A DNA stretch of 64,000 bases. Source: Gemmatimonadales bacterium (GTDB taxonomy: Bacteria > Gemmatimonadota > Gemmatimonadetes > Gemmatimonadales > GWC2-71-9). Position 1 is the first letter of the stretch. Each line of letters begins with the position of its first letter. The DNA lies in NCBI GenBank assembly GCA_041577295.1, contig JBFGJG010000001.1, positions 96,001-160,000 on the forward strand, read 5' to 3'. This document shows positions 53,653 through 62,246 of this stretch, in pieces. Made by a program: the position numbers and the translations under genes. The notes under the pieces were generated by a model. That model made no database searches. It had not been told where the DNA came from and saw nothing but the letters and a program-made list of their open reading frames with translations.

Positions 53653-53867
53653 GTCGGTCGGCGCGGAAGGAGCTGTCACCGACTCAGGAGCCTTGGGGAT
53701 CGCGTGAACACCGTTCTTCGAACGGACGGAAAGACGGGGCCGGTCGGTTGTTTGCACGTTGAGCACACCGACCGGCCCTCGCTGTTGATGGCAAAACGGC
53801 GCTGTGGTCGCCACGCTGAGCAGACCACCGCCGTCGCCTTCTCTCGCTCAGGCAGGGAGTGCCCGCC

Positions 53868-55343
53868 ATGAAAATGCTACTGGTGCAGCCGCCGCAGGGA
53901 ACCAGGTTCGGTCTCACACGCATCCTGCGCGTCGAACCGCTGGGGTTGGAGTGCGTGGGTGCGGCTGTTCGCGAGCACGGCGTCGATGCCGAGCTCATCG
54001 ACCTCCGTGTCGATACGTGGGAAGGCCTCGACCGTGCACTCGACGACCGACCGGATGTGATTGGGGTGAGCTGCGCGTTCACGACCGATGTGTATCCAAC
54101 GCTCGAGGTCACCCGCTTCATCAAAGAGCGCTACCCGGACCTCCCGCTGGTCGTGGGGGGCCACCATGCCTCGCTCGTGCCGGATGACTTCTTCCACACC
54201 GACTCCCATGTCGACGCTGTGGTTATTGGCGAGGGTGAGCAGCCGGCCATCAACATCGTGCAGGCCCTGAAGAACCGGCACCCGATCGATGCCGTCCCGG
54301 GGGTCATGACGTGGAAGAACCGCGAGAACGGCTTCAAGCATCAGCAACTGCGCGCCGGATTCGAGGTGATACCTCAGCCCGATCGATCACTCACGGCCAA
54401 GTATCGCGAATGGTATCACCACGGCCAGGCAGTGCCGTCGGCCAGCGTCGAAACGTCACGCGGCTGCCCGTTCGACTGCAACTTCTGCAGCGTATGGGTG
54501 TTCTACCAGCGCCGTGCCCGCAGGCGCTCGCCAGAGACCATCGTACGGGAGCTCGAGAACGTCGACGAATACGAAGTCTTCTTCACGGACGACATCGCGT
54601 TTCTCCATTACGAGTCGTACAAGGAGATGGCGGAGCGCATCTTGGCGTCTGGCATGCAAAAGAAGTTCACGTGCGAAACGCGTTGCGACCTCGTCATCAA
54701 GTACCGCGACCTGTTCCCGTTGTGGAAGAAGGCAGGTCTCCACACGGTGTTTCTCGGGGTGGAGAAGATCGATGACGACGGGCTCAAGTCCGTGCGCAAG
54801 CGCACCAAAGGCGGGGCCGACTCCAACGTCGAGGCCATCCGGATCCTGAAGGATGCGGGCATCACGCCGCTGACATCGTTCATCACGGATCCGGCATGGC
54901 ACGAAGAGGGGTTCGATCGGCTGGAGGAATACATCCGGCGCCACGAGCTTCCCAATCCCGCGTTCACCGTGCTCACACCCTTGCCGGGAACGGAGCTGTA
55001 CACCGAGCGCAAGCACGAACTCACGACGCACGACTACGGCTACTATGATGTGATTCACGCCGTGCTGCCAACCACGCTCCCGTTAGAGCGGTTCTATGAA
55101 CGCCTGGCGCAACTCTACGATCTGACCGTCAAGACAACGCGGCTCACGATGCCAATGATGTTCAAGGCGGCGCGGATGGCAATGGATGGGAAGCTGTGGT
55201 GCATGCGTCGAGTGTACAGTGCCGTGTCGGAAATGCGTCAGCCCAAGGCCTATCTCAAGCCCCCTGTGCGTGTTCTGGCGCCAAGTCGCAACGGCGACGC
55301 GGCGACAACCAACGGGCGCCGGCTCGCGTCACGCGTTGCCTGA
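53868..55343 (+). CDS. B12-binding radical SAM enzyme, HpnR-like
   Basis: RVEPLGLE, VVGGHHASL, SRGCPFDCNFCSVW, ETRCD, TPLPGTE, HAVLPTTLPLERFY. Confidence 0.9.
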   Translation: MKMLLVQPPQGTRFGLTRILRVEPLGLECVGAAVREHGVDAELIDLRVDTWEGLDRALDDRPDVIGVSCAFTTDVYPTLEVTRFIKERYPDLPLVVGGHHASLVPDDFFHTDSHVDAVVIGEGEQPAINIVQALKNRHPIDAVPGVMTWKNRENGFKHQQLRAGFEVIPQPDRSLTAKYREWYHHGQAVPSASVETSRGCPFDCNFCSVWVFYQRRARRRSPETIVRELENVDEYEVFFTDDIAFLHYESYKEMAERILASGMQKKFTCETRCDLVIKYRDLFPLWKKAGLHTVFLGVEKIDDDGLKSVRKRTKGGADSNVEAIRILKDAGITPLTSFITDPAWHEEGFDRLEEYIRRHELPNPAFTVLTPLPGTELYTERKHELTTHDYGYYDVIHAVLPTTLPLERFYERLAQLYDLTVKTTRLTMPMMFKAARMAMDGKLWCMRRVYSAVSEMRQPKAYLKPPVRVLAPSRNGDAATTNGRRLASRVA

Positions 55344-55352
55344 CCTGGGACG

Positions 55353-56060
55353 CTACGAGCAGTCGATGCCCAGTCGGGTCGCGAGCCGCTTCGGATCGTC
55401 CCACCTCCTCGGCGCGAGCCCGAGCACGATGTTCCAAAGGCAGTGGAGCGGTGGCGGGAGGTTGGGAGCCGGACCCGGCGTGTAGAAGCGACCCCAACAC
55501 TGCTCGTGGTCCCAGGACCACCCTTTTCCATCCGGGTGCATCCCCGAGCGAGCAGTATAGGTTGGGCTGTGGCTGAGCAGATAAGGGTGAAGCTCGAACC
55601 GCGGCTCGATGGGTCGGCACGCAATGCGAAGTAGCGCGCATTGATGGTTTCGAAGCGCGGCGGGGGTGTCGGGGTGGAGATCCAACGAGATGTCGGTGAT
55701 GTCGGCGAGGCCGTGACGGTACTCACTCGCGATCGGATGCAGGATGGGATCGTCGAGCGTGACTGGGTGTGCCGTGGTCTGGTATTCCGCGAGACGACGC
55801 CCAACGACCCGCGTGAGTGGCGCTTCGGCGGCAGGCGGTGCCACGATCGTTAGAATCACCTCTGCTGGTGCCCTCGCCTCCGCCGGTGCCAATTTGACGA
55901 TCGAGTAGCTGGTCGCGTGCTCCCGGACCACGGGATCCTGAACCGTGCCGCTGATCGCCTCCGAGACGAGGGCCTCGAGGGCTCGGAAGGGGGCTCCGGG
56001 GATGGAGGGATCAGGCTCCCGGCGCACCGTCCAGCGATAGAGCGCAAGTTCAGCGTGCAT
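55353..56060 (-). CDS. Hypothetical protein between the two B12-radical SAM genes
   Basis: Open frame of at least 235 aa filling the gap; start uncertain (56060 or 56162). Confidence 0.55.
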   Translation of the reverse strand: MHAELALYRWTVRREPDPSIPGAPFRALEALVSEAISGTVQDPVVREHATSYSIVKLAPAEARAPAEVILTIVAPPAAEAPLTRVVGRRLAEYQTTAHPVTLDDPILHPIASEYRHGLADITDISLDLHPDTPAALRNHQCALLRIACRPIEPRFELHPYLLSHSPTYTARSGMHPDGKGWSWDHEQCWGRFYTPGPAPNLPPPLHCLWNIVLGLAPRRWDDPKRLATRLGIDCS

Positions 56061-56185
56061 AGTATGCTGTGGGATCGTGACTGTTCTGCACCGTTCGACC
56101 ACCGACGCCGGTGTGCTCGCTAGACTTGCGTCGATCGTCAGAAGGGTGAAGGTTTGCCACACCTCTCTCTAACCTAGGAACTGCC

Positions 56186-57787
56186 GTGCGACGTCTTCGG
56201 ATCGGAATACTCGACCTGGTCACAAAAGCGCCGACGAAAGCGCTATACGGTCGGCTCATGCACCCGAACCTGGCGAGTATCATGCCCCAGGCGGTCGGCG
56301 TCTGGTGCGAAGAAGCGGGCCACAATGTGACGTTCGTCTGCTTCACCGGCTCAGAAGACCTCCTGCAAGAGCTTCCCGCGGACATGGACGTCCTGTTTAT
56401 CGGCGCCTTCAGCCAGGCTGCGCAGCTGGCCTACGCTGTCAGCAATTTATTCCGGAAGCGCGGCGCTGTGACCGTCCTCGGTGGCCCCCATGCCCGCTGC
56501 TACCCCGACGACGCGACCAAGTACTTCGATTATGTCGTGGGCTTCACCGATCAGACCATCATCGACGAGATCCTAAAGGACTGTAGCCCCCATCGACCGG
56601 TTGGCCTTCACCTGACCGCCAAGAAGCAGCCGCAGTACCTGCCGGGGGTCCGAGAACGGTGGCGCTTCATTGAGCCGACGCTCGCCAAGTCGCCGACGAA
56701 CATCAAGGGCGTTCCCATGATCGGGAGTCTCGGGTGCCCGTATACCTGCAGCTTCTGTATCGATTCCGTCGTCGACTATCAGCCGCTGGATTATGACCAG
56801 ATCCGTGAGGATCTACGCTTTCTGATTGGCAAGATGCCAAATGCGTGGGTGGGATGGCACGATCCCAATTTTGGTGTGCGCTTCGATGACTACATGTCGG
56901 CCATCGAAGATGCCATCCGTCCGGGAACCCTGACGTTTGCGGCCGAAAGCAGCCTGTCCCTTCTCAAAGAAGCGAATCTCAAGCGCCTCGCGGCGGCAGG
57001 CTTCAGGGTCATGCTCCCAGGGATCGAGTCATGGTACAGCCTCGGTGGCAAGTCCAAAACCGGGCGCAAGACTGGGATGGACAAGGTCCGGCAGGTGTCC
57101 GATCACGTCAACCTGATTATGTCGTACATCCCATACGTTCAGACGAACTTCGTGCTAGGCCTCGACGTGGATGAGGGCGAGGAGCCGTTTGAATTGACCA
57201 AACGTTTCATCGATCTGACGCCCGGTGCATTTCCGGGATATTCCCTGCTCTCCGCCTTCGGTGAGGCGGCGCCGCTCAATCTCGAATTTCAGAAGGCGGA
57301 TCGGGTACTGCCCTTCCCATTCCACTTCCTGAACAACAATCAGGCGATGAACGTCAAGCCCAAGAACTACGAATGGAAGACGTTCTACGATCACGTCATC
57401 GACCTGACCCAGTACTCGTTCTCGTGGAAGAACATCGTGCGGCGGGCCAGGGGGACACAGCGCGGCTTTGCCACGTGGGTGAACCTTCTCCGGGCGGTGT
57501 CTTCGGAAGGCTTCGGTCGCATCAAATACTACAAGACGGTGCGACGGCTGCTCGACACGGACAAGTCGGTGCAGCGCTTTTTTGCCGGGGAAGCCACGAC
57601 CGATATTCCATCCTTCTATGTCGATCGCATGAAGAGCGATCTCGGGCCACTGTGGGAGCACCTGCCAGAGGGCGCCTTACACCACGACCCCAACGCCTAT
57701 CTCAAAAAGATGAACGGTCGGGCTCCTGCGGTAACTCCGGAATCGGATCTCCAGAAGACTCCTGCGTTGGGTCGGGCCTCTGCCTGA
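56186..57787 (+). CDS. Radical SAM enzyme with B12-binding-like N-terminal domain
   Basis: VLGGPHA, SLGCPYTCSFC, DPNFG, PGIES, NFVLGLD. Confidence 0.88.
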   Translation: MRRLRIGILDLVTKAPTKALYGRLMHPNLASIMPQAVGVWCEEAGHNVTFVCFTGSEDLLQELPADMDVLFIGAFSQAAQLAYAVSNLFRKRGAVTVLGGPHARCYPDDATKYFDYVVGFTDQTIIDEILKDCSPHRPVGLHLTAKKQPQYLPGVRERWRFIEPTLAKSPTNIKGVPMIGSLGCPYTCSFCIDSVVDYQPLDYDQIREDLRFLIGKMPNAWVGWHDPNFGVRFDDYMSAIEDAIRPGTLTFAAESSLSLLKEANLKRLAAAGFRVMLPGIESWYSLGGKSKTGRKTGMDKVRQVSDHVNLIMSYIPYVQTNFVLGLDVDEGEEPFELTKRFIDLTPGAFPGYSLLSAFGEAAPLNLEFQKADRVLPFPFHFLNNNQAMNVKPKNYEWKTFYDHVIDLTQYSFSWKNIVRRARGTQRGFATWVNLLRAVSSEGFGRIKYYKTVRRLLDTDKSVQRFFAGEATTDIPSFYVDRMKSDLGPLWEHLPEGALHHDPNAYLKKMNGRAPAVTPESDLQKTPALGRASA

Positions 57788-58535
57788 TCGCCGCTAGCTG
57801 AGCCCGAATCGCTTCAACGATACGGTCGACGATGGCCTGAGCCGTCTCGCGCGACCGCGGTCCGTCTAACAGATCGGAGTAATCGACGGGTGGCCCGTAT
57901 GCCACGCGAATCCGCTTGAAGAAGCGTGGGACAACCGATCCGATGGGCAGCACGTCCTGCATGCCATCGATCGCCACGGGGATCACCCTCGGTCGCGTGC
58001 CCAGAATGACCAGCCCCGCTCCCGGCCGGCCCCTCCCCACCGACCCGTCCCGTGTTCGGGTCCCCTCCGGAAAGACCGTCATGACGCCAGCCGGCAGAAC
58101 CTGGAGCATACGATGGAGCGCATGCAAATCCCGGCGGCCCTCCTTGATCGGAATACACTTCCAGTTGTCCGCGAGCCAGCGCAGGGCAGGTGTCCGATAG
58201 AAATTCTCCTCCGCGGCGGGGTTCCAGGGGAGGAGATGGGGTTTCCAAAGCGATCGCGGGAAATAGGCGAGCAAGCCCACGAGGAAGCTGTCGATCATGG
58301 ACTGATGGTTCGATAGCAGCAGCGTGTTCGGCTCATCATCGATGTTCTCGAGCCCGGTCACGGTCGTACGATTGAAGACGCGAAACAGCACCCAAAACAC
58401 CGCGACCGTGAAATTGGTCAGGAAATACGCCGTGATCGGCCAAAGAAGCCGGAAGAGGCTCCCCCGCCGTGGCGGGGCATGCTTACGGAGGCGCTCGGTG
58501 ATTCCTCGGGCGCGGCTCCGAACCGTTGACGTCAA
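57702..58535 (-). CDS. Lysophospholipid acyltransferase (PlsC superfamily, tafazzin-like)
   Basis: NHQSMID (HX4D), WNPAAEENFY, KCIPI, FPEGTR, GMQDVLP..PRF. Confidence 0.9.
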   Translation of the reverse strand: MTSTVRSRARGITERLRKHAPPRRGSLFRLLWPITAYFLTNFTVAVFWVLFRVFNRTTVTGLENIDDEPNTLLLSNHQSMIDSFLVGLLAYFPRSLWKPHLLPWNPAAEENFYRTPALRWLADNWKCIPIKEGRRDLHALHRMLQVLPAGVMTVFPEGTRTRDGSVGRGRPGAGLVILGTRPRVIPVAIDGMQDVLPIGSVVPRFFKRIRVAYGPPVDYSDLLDGPRSRETAQAIVDRIVEAIRAQLAAIRQRPDPTQESSGDPIPELPQEPDRSSF

Positions 58536-58623
58536 ACCAGTCCCCCCGGAAAACCCGCCACAATGATGCCTGGCGCCAGTTCCGCCCGCAACCCACGAGA
58601 ACCCCTGGGTTTAGTGGGCAAGT

Positions 58624-59949
58624 TCAGGTCAGAAACAGGTAACGGAGTACGAAGAGCACCGCGAAGACTGTGATCAACGAGGGAACTTCCTGGATCTTTC
58701 CACGAACGGCCTTGAGCAGCGTATACGAGATGAACCCAAACGCGATGCCTTCAGTAATGCTGAAGGTCAGGGGCATCACGATCATCGTGAGAAAAGCGGG
58801 AAGCGCCTCCGCGACGTCGCTCCAATCTACCCGCGCCACACTCTTGACCATGTAGCTCCCCACGACGATCAATGCCGGCGCCACGATGGGGTACAGCACC
58901 TGTCCGTCGCCAAGCGGCACACCGCGCCCGATCATCCCCACCAACGGCGCGAAGAACAGGGCAAAGAGAAACATTACGGCAGTGACCAGGCTGGCCAATC
59001 CCGTTCGGCCACCCGCGGTGACCCCGGCAGCACTTTCGACGTAGCTGGTTACGGTAGACGTCCCCATGAGGGACCCCGTGACCGTGCCAACGGCGTCTGA
59101 CAGGAGTGCTTGCCGCGCCCGAGGCAGTGTGCCATCGTCGCGCACGAGCCCAGCCTCTTGTGTCACGCCGATCAGCGTTCCCACCGTATCGAAGAGGTCG
59201 AGAAAGAAGAACACGAAGATGACAGCAACCATTTCGATGCGGAACACGCCGAGCACGTCCAGACCGAACAACGTCGGCGTCAGTGAGGGCGGACGGCCCA
59301 CGATCCCCTGAAACTCCACGAGACCGGTGACGAGTGCCGCGGTCAGCGTCGTCAGGATTCCTGCGAGGATCGCCGCACGGACGCGCCAGGCCAGCAGCAC
59401 GGCGGTGACGATGAGTCCGAGCACCGTCAGCAGCGTGGCCGGACTCCGCAGGTCACCGAGCTGGACCAGCGTGCCGGGACTATCGACCACGATTCCGCCC
59501 CACTCGAAGCCCACCAAGGCAATGAGGAGCCCGATGCCCGCCGCGATACCGTTGCGCAGGGCTGCGGGGACCGCGTTGACCAGACGCTCTCGAAACCCGA
59601 CAAACGCCAGGAGAATGAACAAACAGCCCGATACAAAGATGGCTCCGAGCGCTTGTTGCCACGCGTATCCGAGCCCCCCTACTACGGTGTACGTGAAAAA
59701 GAAGTTGTGGCCCATACCGGGAGCGAGCGCGATTGGGTAGTTCGCAAGCACGCCCATGAGCAACGTGGCGAGAGCGCTCGCGAGACAGGTCGCGACCATC
59801 ACAGCCCCGGCGTCCATCCCCGCAGCTCCCAACACCACCGGTTGGACGAAGATGATGTACGACATAGTGAAAAACGTCGTGGCGCCGGCCACAATCTCGC
59901 GCCGGATAGTGGTCTGGTGCTGTTCAAGCCGGAACAACGGTTCGATCAT
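58624..59949 (-). CDS. NCS2/AzgA-type nucleobase permease
   Basis: AGATTFFTMSYI, LAPGMG, FDTVGTL, YVESAAGV.AGGRTG. Confidence 0.93.
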   Translation of the reverse strand: MIEPLFRLEQHQTTIRREIVAGATTFFTMSYIIFVQPVVLGAAGMDAGAVMVATCLASALATLLMGVLANYPIALAPGMGHNFFFTYTVVGGLGYAWQQALGAIFVSGCLFILLAFVGFRERLVNAVPAALRNGIAAGIGLLIALVGFEWGGIVVDSPGTLVQLGDLRSPATLLTVLGLIVTAVLLAWRVRAAILAGILTTLTAALVTGLVEFQGIVGRPPSLTPTLFGLDVLGVFRIEMVAVIFVFFFLDLFDTVGTLIGVTQEAGLVRDDGTLPRARQALLSDAVGTVTGSLMGTSTVTSYVESAAGVTAGGRTGLASLVTAVMFLFALFFAPLVGMIGRGVPLGDGQVLYPIVAPALIVVGSYMVKSVARVDWSDVAEALPAFLTMIVMPLTFSITEGIAFGFISYTLLKAVRGKIQEVPSLITVFAVLFVLRYLFLT

Positions 59950-61220
59950 GTTTTCCCCGTGCGCGGGCCACGCCTCAAGCGGCGCAGCAACCCCTGCGTT
60001 GAGTTGCACCAGTCACACCCATGGCACCGCACGCCCTGCTCACCGAGGTAGCTCAACAGCAGCCGGCGACGGCACCGGGCCGCGGTCAAGTACGCGCGCA
60101 TCGTCTCGAGCCCCCGACCCGCCCCCTCACTCCCCATTCCTCCACTCGCGATTGCGCGCCGCGCCAGGCGTCCGGCGAGCCGCAGGTCGCCCTCGAGCCA
60201 GAACAGAGCACACTGTGCCAGCTGACCGTCACGCCCGGCGCGTCCCGCCTCCTGATAGTACGACTCGGGCCGTAGCGGGATGCCGAGGTGGACCACGAGG
60301 CGCACATCGGGACGGTCGATGCCCATACCAAATGCGCTTGTCGCGACGACGAAGCGGAGGCGACCATCGCGAAAGCGTGCGAGGATAGAACGGCGTGCTC
60401 TGCTAGGCAAACCCGCATGGTATGGCACGACCGGCAAATCCCACCGGCGGAGGAGCGCCGCTACACCGTCAGCCCGGTTGCGTGTCGGCACGTAGATGAT
60501 GGCCGCGCCGCCCCGCAAGGCCTCGAGCAGGCGGGAAACCTCCGTGATGCGCTCCAAATTGCTCGCAAAACGGCGAACCCAAAACCGCAAGTTGGGACGG
60601 TCGAACGACTGCACAATCGTAACTGGACGACGCAATCGCAGGACCCGGGCGATGTCCGTCCGGGTAGCAGGGCTCGCTGTGGCGGTCAAGGCCATCGTGG
60701 GCGGCCGACCCAGCAGCTCCAGCGTGCGCCCGATCGCACGATATGGCGGTCGAAACTGATGACCCCACTCGCTTATGCAATGGGCCTCATCTACCGCAAC
60801 TAGCGAAATGGGCATGCCGCGGAGCTCGTCGGTTGCCGAGCGGAGACGCTCGGGAGAGATGTAGAGCAGCTTGAGCTGTCCGGTGCGCGTCGCCCTCCAA
60901 ACGTGTTGTTGGATCTGCCGGCGTTGCGTGCTCGCGAGGTAAGCTGCCGCAATGTTTCGTGCGTGGAGAGCAGCCACTTGGTCCTGCATGAGCGAGATCA
61001 ACGGCGAGACGACGATCGTGACGCCACGCATGAGGAGGGACGGAATCTGATAACAGAGCGACTTTCCGCCCCCGGTCGGCAAGACGGCAAGACAGTCTCG
61101 TGAATGCAGCGCAGCGAGGATTGCCCGACGTTGATGATGCCGGAAGTCCCGGTGCTGCCAAACCCCTCGAAGCAGCGATCGAGCCGCTGTGAGCTGCGCG
61201 TTCCGGTTCTCTCGAATCAC
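59946..61220 (-). CDS. recQ: RecQ family helicase, short form
   Basis: PTGGGKS, DEAHCISEWG, QEAGRAGRDG, C-terminal Zn motif CRR...CHGCDWC; no HRDC domain. Confidence 0.9.
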   Translation of the reverse strand: MIRENRNAQLTAARSLLRGVWQHRDFRHHQRRAILAALHSRDCLAVLPTGGGKSLCYQIPSLLMRGVTIVVSPLISLMQDQVAALHARNIAAAYLASTQRRQIQQHVWRATRTGQLKLLYISPERLRSATDELRGMPISLVAVDEAHCISEWGHQFRPPYRAIGRTLELLGRPPTMALTATASPATRTDIARVLRLRRPVTIVQSFDRPNLRFWVRRFASNLERITEVSRLLEALRGGAAIIYVPTRNRADGVAALLRRWDLPVVPYHAGLPSRARRSILARFRDGRLRFVVATSAFGMGIDRPDVRLVVHLGIPLRPESYYQEAGRAGRDGQLAQCALFWLEGDLRLAGRLARRAIASGGMGSEGAGRGLETMRAYLTAARCRRRLLLSYLGEQGVRCHGCDWCNSTQGLLRRLRRGPRTGKT

Positions 61221-61304
61221 ACTCGAGGGATAGCGGTGATTGGGGTGCGTGTGCGTACCAAACGCACTCGCCTTGGGGAGAATCTTCGCGGAAGGAGGTG
61301 AACC

Positions 61305-62246
61305 CTAATACACCTCGAGATCCCGTCCAAACACCACGTCACCATCCCACTCTGCCCGGACCTCCTCTACGAGCTCCTCGGGACCCGTACCCCACAACAG
61401 CTGATGGTAGAGCACGAGCAGCCCCGGTCGCGCCCGTTGCGCGAGGGCTGCTAGCTCACGGGTGGACGTATGGGCGCTGGCGTGATAACGCTGCCACTCC
61501 GGTGCACGCCGCTGAAAGCTGACCTCCGAGTACACCTCGTGAGCGAGCACGTCGCACCCATCGCAGTGCGTGACGATGGTCTCGCTTGGGGCCGCATCTC
61601 CTGAAATGACGATCGATCGATCGCTCGCCTCAAACCGATATCCAACCGCACTCGGCCACGTTGCATGACGCACCGGAAACGCCGTGACCCGCACACGCTC
61701 GTCCTCGAACACCAATCCCGAGTCGATGTCGGTCGCCCTCACGCGGTATCCTTGGTGATTCGTGGGTTCGAGACCGTCCGTCCGAACGCGGATGTCCGCC
61801 GCGTACGCCTGAAGCAGGTGCTCCACCATCTCGCGCGTGCCTCTGGGCCCGTAAACCTGGAGCGGTCGGTCGCGACCGAGTACCCACGGCGTAAAGATGA
61901 GATCCGGTAGTCCTACGGTGTGATCGCTGTGAAGGTGGGTCAGGAAGACGATGTCGAGATCCGGAATCCGAAACGGCCCCAGCCCCTGCTGGTAGGCCGC
62001 GTTGGCCCGGCGCACGATGCCCGGGCCCGCATCCACCAGATAGGCACGAGTGCCAGCCGTAACGGCCAGCGCCGTCCCAGAACGGTCGGGCTCCGCGTTC
62101 GGAGTGCCCGTCCCCAACAGCACGAGCTTGGTGCCCGCGCCGCGTTCGGCTGCCGCAGGTTGATCAGCGGTGTCGTCACCTCCCCCACACGCCACGCAGA
62201 AGGTGAAGACAGCTGCTAAGAATGGTCTCGGCCGCAACCCACTCAC
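61305..62246 (-). CDS. MBL-fold hydrolase (RNase Z/arylsulfatase-like), probable lipoprotein
   Basis: Lipobox-like VACG, LLGTGTP, THLHSDH, ISGD, HTS. Confidence 0.88.
   Translation of the reverse strand: MSGLRPRPFLAAVFTFCVACGGGDDTADQPAAAERGAGTKLVLLGTGTPNAEPDRSGTALAVTAGTRAYLVDAGPGIVRRANAAYQQGLGPFRIPDLDIVFLTHLHSDHTVGLPDLIFTPWVLGRDRPLQVYGPRGTREMVEHLLQAYAADIRVRTDGLEPTNHQGYRVRATDIDSGLVFEDERVRVTAFPVRHATWPSAVGYRFEASDRSIVISGDAAPSETIVTHCDGCDVLAHEVYSEVSFQRRAPEWQRYHASAHTSTRELAALAQRARPGLLVLYHQLLWGTGPEELVEEVRAEWDGDVVFGRDLEVY

Noticed and set aside
53653..53867. Cobalamin riboswitch before the B12-rSAM gene
   Set aside because: The conserved B12-box elements (GGGAA...GCCACTG...AGCCAGGAGACC-type) were not found.
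51793..57787. Radical SAM cluster as a RiPP or hopanoid biosynthesis locus
   Set aside because: No precursor peptide, RRE/SPASM domain, peptidase, exporter or squalene-hopene cyclase nearby; the main enzyme has Tes-family motifs and lipid-handling neighbours.
59946..61220. Short RecQ as a defence helicase or pseudogene
   Set aside because: All helicase motifs and the Zn domain are intact, short RecQ forms are common, and there are no defence-type neighbours.
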